From Pseudogymnoascus verrucosus (Eukaryota), in NCBI GenBank assembly GCA_001662655.1, contig KV460284.1: a stretch of 64,000 bases of DNA; one strand, written 5' to 3'. A program made the position numbers and the translations under genes. The notes beneath the pieces were generated by a model. It did no database searches and was not told the DNA's origin. It was given only the letters and a program-made list of their open reading frames with translations. The first letter of the stretch is position 1, and every line of letters begins with the position of its first letter. Positions 1 through 11,464 of this stretch are shown one piece after another.

Positions 1-13
1 ATCAGTGTTGCCC

Positions 14-125
14 GAGTACTACTCGCTGTGAGTAGTACTCGGCGAATACCCGAGTACTACTCTACTCGGGTGATATTTTTGAGTACTCGGGTATTCGCCG
101 AGTACTACTCTGAATACTCGAGTAC
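14..125. repeat. Left subterminal repeat/palindrome array of the hAT element
   Basis: Perfect 29-bp inverted repeat 30-58 / 82-110; 14-24 is the reverse complement of 30-40; multiple GAGTACT/TACTCG units. Confidence 0.9.
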
Positions 126-212
126 TGCCAAGCCCTTGGCAAAGAGGGGTAATATAGATTGTAGAATAGATAATTGAAGCTTCTACTTGAGCGTTCTGTA
201 TTACTTCCTGTA

Positions 213-2378
213 ATGAGTGACTCTTCGCTGTCGCCGGTGCCGGCTGAGTATCAGTCTGATGCTTTAGAGCTGCCGCCCCTTATTCCAATGCCCCTTATTT
301 CGATGCCGCATATGCCTCTAAGAGTTCAATTACCTGATTCTACATCAATACTCTTTTCCAAAAGACTATTCTACTGTACTTTATTGGATACAGTACCTGC
401 TAGAATCCAATACCAATGCCTTCAAACCAATTGTGGATATACGCCGAGCCAGCCCCTAAAGAACCCAACGACGAGCAATCTATAGAAGCATCTTTAGAAG
501 CAGCACCCATCGGTGCATGCAGAATACAATACAATATCTTCAATTCGAAGCTCATCAACACCCTCTACTTCTGCTTCTGCTTTCTTCCAGCCCCGCCAAG
601 CACCTAGTAATGCACCAAGTTCGTCGAAATATAGAGAGCTTGTTCTCTCTTTTATAGTATTAAATAACCTACCATTACGCCTTATTGAAAGCTAATCCTT
701 CCGGCAATTAGTTCACTATCTAAATCCTATAGTCTTAACAGTTAGTAGAACTACAATTAGACGGGATCTATATCGACTATTCTGCTATTATAAAGCACAG
801 CTTTAAGTAGAATTACAACAGCATATCACAAGCAGTAGACGACTGGCAATAACGACAGATACTTAGTCTGCTCGGAACTATTCTAAGTATGCAGCAGTTA
901 CAGTACACTAGATTAATGATAATTAGCAAATGAGAAATACCATACTCGACGTTATATACCTACAAGAGCCAATCCACTCTAGCGAATACCTTGCTAAACA
1001 GTTGATAAATGTGACGGACGATTACAGTATTACACCTGTAATCTTTACTATTACAAGAGATAACGCCTCTACGAATACAACTATGCTATTAGAATATAAG
1101 AAGCTAGCTTTAGTACAACCTGTTACTCTAAAACAACCATGGGCTTTTACAGCAAAAGTAGGAGACGTACGCTATATTGGGCATATTATCAATATTGCTG
1201 TTCAAGCTACTTTAGCCTCTTTAAAAGCAACACTAGATGAAGGCCTAGAGGCATATCGGCTTGAGATTAGGGCAGCACGAATACCACTTACTTCTGAAAA
1301 TGATATCGTTACTGTTCTTGCTAAGCTCTAGCGTCATATATATGTGTTTCGGAACCGCCGCGGGTAGAAAGACGCCTTAAAGAATTAGTGTAAAGCTGCG
1401 AGTATCAAAGTCTGTCGGTTGACTCTTGATATGCTAGTCTAATGGAGCTCAACTTATCATATGATTGATATAGCTTTAAAGCTTTAGGTTCTAATTACAG
1501 CTTTATGCGCATTACAGCAACTTGATATTAGTATGAGAGATATTGCTTTAACAGCAGTAGACTAGGCTACGCTACATGACTTATTAAAGCTATTCTATAT
1601 CTTCGTCCGCCTAACTAAGAAGTTACAGGGCTCTTCTTATCTATCTCTCAACTACGCTGTTCCGCAGTATATAAGGATGATTAAGAAGCTTGAAGATATG
1701 AGAAGTGAGCTACTAGAACGAAGCCCAATTGCTACTACTACGTCAATTGCGTTAAAGAAGCTTAATGATTACTATACTCTAGCTACAAATCAGCAACAGA
1801 GCTACTCTACAATTGCTACTATCTATGATCCTCAGTATAACTTCAACGTCTTCAATATTATATAGAAAGATAGCACGCACTTAACTAGGAAGAATAGGGC
1901 AAAAGCATAGTGGCAGGACTGCTTCTATCGATATTTAGGCCGCGAGTCTGATATTTAAGCAGCAGACGTTATAAATAGTATTGAAGCTAAGGATCTAGAT
2001 ATAGAGCAAGCTATAAATATCGATATCGACTTAGAAGATAAGCTATACGTATCACAAAGCCGCTATAATATTAAGCTAGAATAGAAGCAATAGATGAAGG
2101 AGCCGACAGTTGGTAGGGATACGGATATTCTTAAGTATTAGCAGAGTAAGCAATACCAATATCCATTGATTGCTTCTATTGCAAGGGATTACCTAGCTAT
2201 TCCAGCTACCTCAGCAGACTCAGAACGAGTATTTAGTGTCGGTGGTGATATTATCACAAAGAAACGGAACTGATTATCGCCTTCTACACTTAGATATCTA
2301 CTTTGCTTACGGAATTGGGGTGTTTTATCACAAGGCGACGACGAAGACAGCGGCGACGATGCAGATAATGAGAGTTAG
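213..2378 (+). pseudogene. hAT transposase pseudogene (722 codons in one frame, many premature stops)
   Basis: ORF fragments 174-485, 513-695, 930-1331 and 1677-1865 share one frame. Motifs: BED-finger-like C-x4-C...TSNL*KHL*KQH, TTDT*S and TRDNAS (catalytic Asp regions), *WSSTYHMI (RWxST), and C-terminal dimerization region DILKY*Q...YPLIASIARDYLAIPATSADSERVFS. Stops fall mostly at expected Trp/Gln codons (TGG>TAG, CAA>TAA). Confidence 0.93.
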
Positions 2379-2415
2379 AATAGTAATATACAGTTTTATA
2401 TCAATATCTATTTTA

Positions 2416-2525
2416 AGCTCGAGTACTACTCGAGGTATTCGAGTACCGGTACTCGAATACCGGTACTCGAGCTTCAATTTTCAGTACTCTACTCGAGGAT
2501 GCTCGAGTAGTACTCGGAGCGGTAT
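2416..2525. repeat. Right subterminal repeat/palindrome array of the hAT element
   Basis: Perfect 28-bp palindrome GGTATTCGAGTACCGGTACTCGAATACC (2434-2461) plus repeated CTCGAG/GAGTAC units. Confidence 0.9.
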
Positions 2526-2839
2526 TCGGGCAACACTGATTCTCATAAAGGTGGTTGAGTTATAAGAACCATTTTATATTATATTCACGACCAGCGGATC
2601 TACGGGAAGGTTGGAACATATTTGTTTATTCTTTTTTTTGAGATCCTTTCTACAACCTTTTCTATCATACATACTAGTATACTATTCTTCCCTGCCGGAG
2701 AGCAGCCGTTCCATAAACGGACCGATCCGTGGGAATCTATCATTATTCGCAAAACACCCCGCTTTCAACCAGCGGACGACCCGCGCCTATCATATCGCAC
2801 AGCCGTCCATAACAAAACATCACATATCATACAAAACCG

Positions 2840-5800
2840 CTACCTCTCCCTTCTATTACGTTGGCGGTGCTCCTTTCCTCGTTTCGCACGGCTCTTCTCC
2901 TTGGGCAGTTCAAGCGGCGTATCCTTCACTAGCTCCATCATAAGCCCAAGCATATACTCATCAATCGACCCCACTGGGCGTCCCCATGCATCGCGCTCCT
3001 CCTCCGACACCACCACGCCATTAACCATAATCTCCGGCGCGGGCGTCGCCCCCGTGGCCGGCGTGCCAATGTCATCCATGGGCGTGTCTGGTCCCGAGGC
3101 TCGCGGCGTCGGCGCAGCAGTGACAGCCTTCTCTGCGAAATCCTCAACGTCAGCCTGCGTCTCCTGCGCCGCGGCCTTGGCGGCAACGACATCCTCGGTG
3201 TCTTCTGCTGCCTCAAGCACGCGCTGCACATTGGTGCTGTTATCCGGGCCACCAAGGACGCGGTCCATAGCTGCGCTGGCGGCCGCGTCGGCGTCTAGGA
3301 GAGACGTGTCGGTGACGACTTCTTCCGCGGGCTTGGTGAAGTAGTCTGTTGTGAAGGCGCCCTCTTGGATGACGACGTCGTCGAGCATGCGCTTCTGGTT
3401 CGCTTTGCGCAGGATATTGGCTTCGATGGTGTGCTCGCTCACGAGACGGTAAATGTGCACGTCGCGCGTCTGGCCGATACGATGGGCGCGGTCCTGACAC
3501 TGCTTGTCCATTGCGGGATTCCAGTCGAGGTCATAGAAGATGACGGTATCGGCACCTGTAAGGTTGATACCGAGACCACCCGAACGAGAAGACAGGATGA
3601 AGGCGAGAATACGCGTGTCGTTGTTGAAGCGATCGGTAAGAATCTGACGCTGCTCGATCTTGGTAGCGCCGTCAAGGCGGAGATAACGATGGCCGTGGAT
3701 GTTGAGGAATTGCTCAAGAATATCGAGGACTTTGGTCATCTGTGTGAAGATGAGAGCGCGGTGACCGCCAGCTTGGAGACGGCGCAGCAACTTGTCTAGG
3801 GCTTGTAGCTTGCCGCAATCGTACTGCAAGAGTCGCTTGTCGGGGAACTGGACGGAAAGTCGCATGCGTGCTTCGTGGAAGGGATCGGGCTTGTCGCGGT
3901 GAGGCGCAGTCTGGAAGTACTCCACGCCGCGGCGGGAGAGTAGCACTGGAAGTGCGTCGGGTGCAACAATGGGAGGCGTGATACATGCGAACTTTTGGAT
4001 ATAGGGTTCGAGTTCCTCAGAGCGTTGCTCTAGCGTTAGAACCATGTCTTTCAACACGCTCGACGACTTCCAGATCCACTCAAGCACCTGGTCTCGTCGG
4101 GTGGGCCGCTTTTCGAACAATCGAGGGTTAACCCCGAGATCAAAGCGTTTGACAAGGCCCTTGCCATACATCGGTTTTGCTTGTCGCCGTAGAGCATTGA
4201 GATATACGATGTGCTGTAGCTCTTCAAACCGACTCCATCGCGATGCGCTTTCTAGGAAAACAAGGTTGGATTTGACAGTGGACGGATCCATATTTGTCAT
4301 GCCATATTGAGCACGGAGACGTTGGGCCTCACGCATGTCCATCAGAACTCGCTGCGCCGTCAACATGTTGCTGCGCTCGTTAACAGCCAGGGATAAATGC
4401 TCGTTCCTTGTAGGCACTAGATTTAAAAAGCCCAAGCTGACTGTGCTCATCGGATCTTGCCATAGAAGTTTGCTACGGACCATCAAGTCTGTGGCCTGAA
4501 AGCTAGCAACAGCCGACTTCTTCATAGGAAACGAGCTAAGAATAGGCCGTTCTAGGAAGAGATCCGGGTGGTTGCAAACTTTCCTCAGTTGCATCAGACA
4601 GTTGATAATCGACAGGTAGTTTCCCGACGCGAGAGTTTCGCGGGTACCAGACCTGCTCAAAAATCCGTCGTATAGCTCCCTTTGTCGCCTAGATAGTCGA
4701 CAGTACTCGACATGCTCATACTTGGCTGGCATTTGCTTCTCGACGTCCGCCTTCATCCTCCTAAGAAGATACGGTCGAAGAACTTTGTGCAGCTTGGTGA
4801 TGATAGCGCGAGCCTCGTCATCCATTGTTTCACGCCCATTCTCAAGGATCTGCTCTTGCGGTTTCTTGAACCATTCAGAAAACTCTTTTAGGTCTGCAAA
4901 CCCGCCGATACCCTGCTCCGTGCCGTCAGACGGCATCAGGAAGAAGAGCAACGACCAAAGCTCAGTGAGGTTGTTCTGGAGCGGAGTTCCGGTGAGAAGG
5001 AGCCGTGCTCGTGTGTTAAACGTAAGAAGGGTCTGCCACCTCTGGGAGCGGAAATTCTTGATGTTATGGGCTTCATCTAGAATCATGTAATGCCATTTCC
5101 GACGTTTGAAGACCTGTTGATCTTGTAGGACGAGTTGATACGACGTAATACAAACATTCCAGGTGTCCACATCATTCCAGCCCTGACGCTTCCGTTTCCT
5201 TTCTTCTTGAGTGCCGTAATATGCGAGAATTTTGAACCCAGGACACCACTTCTTAAACTCCATCTCCCAGTTCAGCATGACACTTGTCGGGACAATAACC
5301 AAATGAGGGCCCCAGACATGATGCTCGCACGCCAAATGGGCCAGTAGTGCGATGGTTTGGATGGTCTTGCCGAGACCCATCTCATCTGCAAGAATTCCGT
5401 TCGTATTATTTGCATACAGCCCCGCAAGCCAATCTAAACCATAGTGTTGATATTCTCTCAGAGTTCCCCTTAGTAAGAATGGTACTGGAGTTTTCAAGTT
5501 CGATGGTGTTTGGGGAGCTACGGTGGGCGTAACTGGACCGCTTGTCTGCTCTATGGACGAAGCTGACTCGGCATCTGAGGGTTTCGTCACAGAAGTCCTT
5601 GGGGTGAGCTGAGTGCTGTGATCTGCGCTGGCAGCTTCGCCTTCGGCCTCGGAGGCAGCATCGACGTTCATGACTTCGGATAGGGGGTGTTGTGGATTGT
5701 CATCTATCTCCGCACTCGCCTTCTCCTCCACATCGGTAGCAGGAGCAAGAGATGATTGGGGATGAGACGCGTCTGGAATTAACGACACCTCATCATCCTC

Positions 5801-7869
5801 GTCGAGCATATCTTCATCTTCCGCCGCAGCTGATGGCGTAGATGGCGTTTTATCCACGCCCATCTCTGCAAGATCCGAAGGTGCAAGGAATCCCAAGAGA
5901 CTGGCATCTCCTTGATCGTCACCGTCTTCTTCCGATTCATCCTCCTCTTCCTCATCGCTGTCTCGTTCTTCATCACTGGATCCCATATCGTCATCCATAT
6001 CGACTGATTCGTCCGTTTCATCTGCTTCGGTTTCACCGTTGATATTGCTGGCCGTGTCTAATAATACATCTACGTCGGATCCTTCTTCGTTTTCTTCGTC
6101 GACTTCCATGCTCACAGGGGTTTCCGGGAGACTAGAGTACTTCTGTTTCAATTCTTCCAGCGTCAAGTGCTCATCGCCCCCTTTGTCCTCGACGTCGCGT
6201 TCCTCGTCAGCTTCCGACTCTGATGATGACATATTACTGTCACTTTCGCTGTGATTTTCATCGGTTTGATCTTCTGCCGATAGATCATCATCTTCGTCTC
6301 CCTCTTCTTCGGAACTGGGCACATCGGAGTCCTGGTGAGCTCGCCGCGCCTCAAGCTTTTGTGTGGATAGGTCGACAGCCTCGTTCAGAGCTTTGCGCAC
6401 TCTGACCTGCTCCTCCGCCTCCCATTGTTTGAGACGCCTCTTATTCACCTCGGCCTTGACATTGTCCCAGGTTATTTGCATTGCCCTCACAACCGACCTA
6501 TATCGTAATTCGACTGCCTTTTGCGCCTCTGCCTCCATTTCTTCGAGAGACTTAGGTTGGTTCCTGTGCCACTCATCCCTGCAAGCTTCGGCAAGGCGCT
6601 TCGCATTGCGCTTGTGTTTCTTGTGCTCCTCAACCATTAGTATCCTGAATTCCGTCACAGCACGGACTAAGTGGTCTTGGTGAGAGTACTGTCTTGGTAT
6701 GCGCTTGGTGCTTTCTTGCTCTTCCGGCCTGTATGCGGATGAAACTTCTTCACTCAGGACACCACCCGGCAAGGCCGCGTCTTCCATTCTAAGAATTAAC
6801 CTGGCTTCTCTCAATGCCATCTCATCTGTATACCCCACATCATCTTCCGCAGAAAAGAGACCCCCTTCCTCAATAGGTTGGTTGAACGCTTTTTGTATGT
6901 ATTCCTCAAAAGTCGGATATTGTTTCGGTCTTCGAAGAACTAAATCGGGGTGTACGAGCGGCAGAGTCGGCGGCTTAACCTTAAATCGTATACGGGGCGA
7001 TTTCGTCTTGGACTCGGGGCTATAGCCTTCTATCGCATCCTCGTCATTCGGCGTCTCCTTCGAACGGATATCCGACGCCCTCGCAGATCGGCGTATTGTC
7101 GTTGGCGTGCCCCCGGGTTGAGACATGCGTTTCTTGTACGCTCTCTTGACACGTACGGGAGGTGGCGACTGTTCATTTTCGCTGGCCTCCGGTTGCGACG
7201 CCCGTTTCTTGTATGCTCTTTTTACAGGAGCTGGTGACTCCTCATTGTCGCTGACCTCAGGCTGAGGCACTCGTCTGTTATAGGCTCTCTTGATACGGGC
7301 AGGAGGCGATCCCTCATTGTCGCTCAAGGCGTGTTGTGACCCCGTTTTCGCTGGCGATTTATGCGCGTGGCCTTTCCCTGGCGAGCTTCCCAACTTGTTA
7401 TTCGACATATTTGTATCATGCTTGCTATTCGCCGGTAGCGATTGCCTCCCCTTGCTGAGCTTGTCCGCGAAAGAAGTTGTCTGCGAGGCGTGTCGAGTCT
7501 GGCGTTTGTTTGATGGAGGTTGCAAAGTGAGAGGTAACTGGTTTGTCCGACCGGATTTTCGTTTTCCATCCTGAGTGAAGGACGAGGGGCCCTCTGCAAC
7601 TATCTTTTTCCAAGGTGGCGAGTTGTCCTTTTTACGCGTTAAGCTTGATGGCGTGCCTTCACTGACTCTGCGCCTCTTGGGAGGTGGTTCGTTCTGAGGG
7701 GCGCTTTCACCGTGTCCATTCGTATTCGGCGTCGTTTCATCATCGGGCGGAATATCTAATGTAGCCTGTTAAAATGTTTGTGCTTTGTGGTTATTATACT
7801 TTCGTTGATGTGGAAATGCATACCAGAAATTGCTTGATGTTCCGTCGTCTCAGACGCGATCCCCGGCAT
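2840..7869 (-). CDS. SWR1: SWR1 chromatin-remodelling ATPase (SNF2 family, H2A.Z deposition); exons 7869-7824 and 7755-2840
   Basis: Split SNF2 ATPase: LADEMGLGKT, DEAH, LLTGTPLQN, a long insertion, then helicase-C (DWNPAMDKQCQDRAHRIGQTRDV). HSA-like helical region and acidic tract upstream. The frame extends 5' past the listed ORF to a TAG acceptor at 7756; GTATGC donor at 7823 joins in frame to ATG 7869 (MPGIASETTEHQAISD...). Confidence 0.95.
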
Positions 7870-8240
7870 TTCTACGTGGCGTGCGCTCGACACTACCGTG
7901 TACAGAGCGAACCATGCATTTGTAGCGCCAAAACTGGCATCAAACGATGCAGATGACCTCAAATATTCTTCATACAAAGTCTGAGTATGCACAGGGCAAA
8001 ATGTCGGTTGTTGTTGCCTTCAAGGTGATTATTTGACGATTATGGACGCGAGAGAAATCTAAATGGGGATGAAGTAAGCCGCAGATCGGGATTTAGCGAA
8101 TCTAAGCTAATCGCGGACGACGACATTACCACCACTCATCGAATAGCCCAGAAAGGTGCAAATCGCAACAGCCTTCAGTCCCACAACAGTACGTCCACGC
8201 GCCATTGGACTTAGCTATCCATTGCTAACAGCTTGAATAG

Positions 8241-8820
8241 ATGCTCTCACGACGCATTGGTCGCATCCAACGCCTTGGGGCTGTCGCCCAGGTAGCTCGC
8301 CCTGCGGGCGCGATCCAAAAGCGATGCCTCTCCCAGGCCGACGTTGAGGATCCGAACATGGTCAGTCCACTCGGAACGATGAGTTGCATGGTATTTCTAG
8401 TATTGAGACTGATTTTTCATCTGCAGAACGGAGGCTACGTGAACCCACCGGCTATCAAGCGCCAATTCCGCGACCCCCATGGAGACTGGTGGGATAAACA
8501 ACAGCGTCGTAACTACGGCGAGCCAGTACATGAAGACGATGATATTCTCGGCCTGTTCTCTCCAGAGGAATATACGCACACCAAACCGGCTACTGCCTTC
8601 TTCCAGATCGGCTGCTTCATCACCGCAGTGTTTGGACTTTGCGGCGTAGTCTACGTCCTCTACCCGGACAAGCAATCATACCCGAAGGAGTATGAAGGAG
8701 GATTGGAGAAGGAGCTCGGTGGGCCAGGAGTTGTTAGGGTAAGTCGAATGCTCAATGCGATGTTGAATACGATAACTAACTTTAGTATAGGCACGAAAGG
8801 CAGGAGATCCATACGAGTGA
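8241..8820 (+). CDS. NDUFB8: NADH:ubiquinone oxidoreductase accessory subunit NDUFB8/ASHI (fungal ~20 kDa subunit); exons 8241-8360, 8427-8738, 8791-8820
   Basis: Arg-rich mitochondrial presequence; DPNMNGGY...RDP..DWWDKQQRRNYGEPVHEDDD motif; one TM helix; GGLEKELGG tail; canonical GT-AG introns. Confidence 0.88.
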
Positions 8821-9679
8821 TTTAGGACTTGAGTGGGACCGAATGTATATACACCACACCAATGCAATTATCAATTACCAATATCACCAGGCTTTTGTTG
8901 CGTGCTTTGAAGAAGGAGATACATACGTATAATGTGAATGGCTTTCCGCGGCGCCTTTGCATCAAGTGGGTGGTTGCAGTTCTGACATGAATGGATATGG
9001 TGAGAGCCCAGTTTGCAAATCGCTGTTCGCAGAGAGCTGTTCCACGGGAGAATTTTGCCAGCACGGATGAACTGCCCTAATATCTTCAAGAAGTCAAGCG
9101 CTTGTGAAAGAAGTATTGGTTGTTTAATTGGGCTTGCTAAATCAGTAGTAGAGTGCCTGCGATTCCATTGTGCCTCTCAAATGCCTCGAGATGGACTGTA
9201 CATGACAGCAGTGTTCATTGCAATTCTGATTTAAGTAAAGTCGTTTAATCACTGGGGCTACAGTCAATAAGCTAGCTACTCACCGATGGAACCAGGGAGA
9301 CAAATATCCACGAGTCAGAATTTCGTATCAATCCTGAGCTACACTGTCCGTCTTCATATTTTTAGAGTTTTCCATCACTTGGAGCTACGCATATACTGCT
9401 AGGGCGAAGGTCAGAGTGCTCCTTCCTCGCCCTACATGGCATGAAAGCGGAAGGAGCGAGGGGAGATTCGTGCCTTCCCTTAGTTATAATGTGTGACGCC
9501 TTCAACGATAAGCTGGCTCATCTTGATCGACGATATCCTTTTCTATCTTCAGTTACATGAGCATCTCCACTGATGTTACTTTTACTGTCTCGATTTTACT
9601 TCCTTTTGTTTGACTAGACCTCGCGGAAAGCTGCATTCATCATTCTGACCAGTGCCTCTGCTGCTGAACACAGTACACC

Positions 9680-11464
9680 ATGCGCTACCAGAACTGGGAC
9701 GTCCTCCTGTTCTCAGACAAATCGAAGGTTCCGATTCAAGAGTTCAAGACTACGTGCCATGTTATCCAAGATTCAGGTAAGGCAGTTGATGGTGTAGCAT
9801 CTTTACTCGTGGATTTTACACTCCCACCACGAAGGGAAGAAGACATGGCTAACCGCCTCAATGCAGAATACCTCCCAACACAAGGCACTCTGCCATTGCT
9901 TCCAACGGTCACTTCATTCGTGCCGGCTCTAGGACAGGGCCAGAATTTTCGACTATCGATTCACTCATGGGAGGCACCGGAACCGAGTCGCTTTGCGCTA
10001 AACTTCACCAAGGATCCAGGTCTCATCATGTTTGAAGCCAGGGTATTTATTGACGGACGACTGGCGGGGTGAGCCACATCGTTGCGAGTATAGACCTACA
10101 GGGCTGACAAAGATGGCTACAGACACAGGTATTTTGGACGAGACGGCCCATGGCCAACAATCATTGAAACGGGGATAAGTGAGTGCTTACCATCCATCCC
10201 GCCATCGAGATCTATTACCTCACTTTTGAAATGAACAAACTGACCCTGCTAACTATCTAGACGTTAATAAGAACGGGGATCTCGAGCCCTTAAGATTTCC
10301 TGAATTCCATCAAGAGCTTCTTTCCCAGAACTATTGGAATGCAGGCGACGACCTTGGCCGAATCAAGGTCGTTATTGCGGAAGGCTTGCACCGGGAGTCG
10401 CCAGCAATGCCATTTGACCGCATCAAAAATATTGTGGCTTTTTCGTTCCAGCACGCGCCTTTGGGTATGTGAGCATTCCCAGATGAGTGGCACTCTGCAT
10501 CCCACAGAGTGTCACTTTGTACCATCCATTTAGCTGACTTGATACTTTTCAAGAGGTTCTCGAATCTTCAAGTATTGCGTGGCCAAATGCAGAAATGTGG
10601 CGCCACATTTCATTTGTTGCAGGAATGTTACCAGGTGGTAACGTTCCAAGAAAGCCCAGCGAGGGCGCTGTTGAAGCCCATAGCCACTCTCCACGACGTA
10701 GATCCATTTCCTTGGCTCGGCCACAGAGACCTCCCCCAGCGATGGGTATGATGCTCCCTCCTGGGTTGCCAGTTTTCCCTCACCCTGCCAATTTCGATCC
10801 ATTCACGGAGCCCCGAGCCACTCAGTGGAGGCAACCATCGTCAGCAGACGTGTCCATGCCTGATTATTCCAGCTCAGTCTCGCTGGCAAGCCACAGCCGT
10901 CAGTTCACGGATCCTATCTCCAGCAACAAACCAGAGCCGCAGAGGTTTCAGTCTTTGGAAAGTATCGGTGCTTTCGAAGGCCTCTGTGAAGCACTGAAGC
11001 CAAGCAATGTCACCAAAAAGAGCGTTTTAGGAGACTCGGATGACGTCAGACTTGCTCAGAATAAAGCACCTAAAGTGCCAGATGACCATCAGTCTAGTAA
11101 GTTTGACACTCTTTGTCTCGATATAATTGCTGAAACAAAAGTAGTCAGGAGCATAGCTGGCCAGACCACACCTGCCACAGCGCCCGAATCTGGTATTTCC
11201 GGAAGTGTCAAGAGCAGAAAAGAGAATGCCCAAGATTCCCCGCTTCCAAGAGAAGCTCTATCCGAGGGAAACAACTTCACTTTGGGCGCCTCGCAGCCAT
11301 CGTCGGCGATTAGCGCGGCGGGGCACAAGAGGCAGCACGTCGTCACGCCTGCATCGGTAAAGGCTATCGATCAGGAAGATGAACCGAAGAACTCGATAAT
11401 GAGGAAGATCTCTCAAGGATCGGCAGGGCGACGTGCTCTTGGTGAGCTGCCGAATGCCCTGTGA
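9680..11464 (+). CDS. Conserved fungal hypothetical protein; exons 9680-9776, 9867-10068, 10123-10178, 10261-10464, 10554-11464
   Basis: Four GT-AG introns with branch sites join into one frame: MRYQNWDVLLF...FEARVFIDG...LRFPEFHQELL...GRIKVVIAEG...FSFQHAPL...IAWPN, followed by a low-complexity Ser/Pro-rich C-terminus. Function not recognisable. Confidence 0.8.

Larger units (their letters stand above)
3..2538 (+). mobile_element. hAT-superfamily (Restless/Tfo1-like) DNA transposon, full length, inactivated by RIP-type mutation
   Basis: Left end CAGTGTTGCCCGAGTAC (3-19) matches the reverse complement of right end GTATTCGGGCAACACTG (2522-2538) at 16/17. The right flank ATTCTCAT (2539-2546) ends in AT like window bases 1-2, consistent with an 8-bp hAT TSD truncated by the window edge. 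Subterminal GAGTAC/TACTCG repeats at both ends and an internal transposase frame. Confidence 0.95.

Noticed and set aside
174..1865. Separate short + strand ORFs as individual genes
   Set aside because: They are in-frame fragments of one RIP-mutated transposase.
2622..7613. Antisense and alternate-frame ORFs over SWR1 (also over NIK1, the Munc13-like gene and TRS130)
   Set aside because: Shadow ORFs from GC-rich codon usage; no recognisable motifs.
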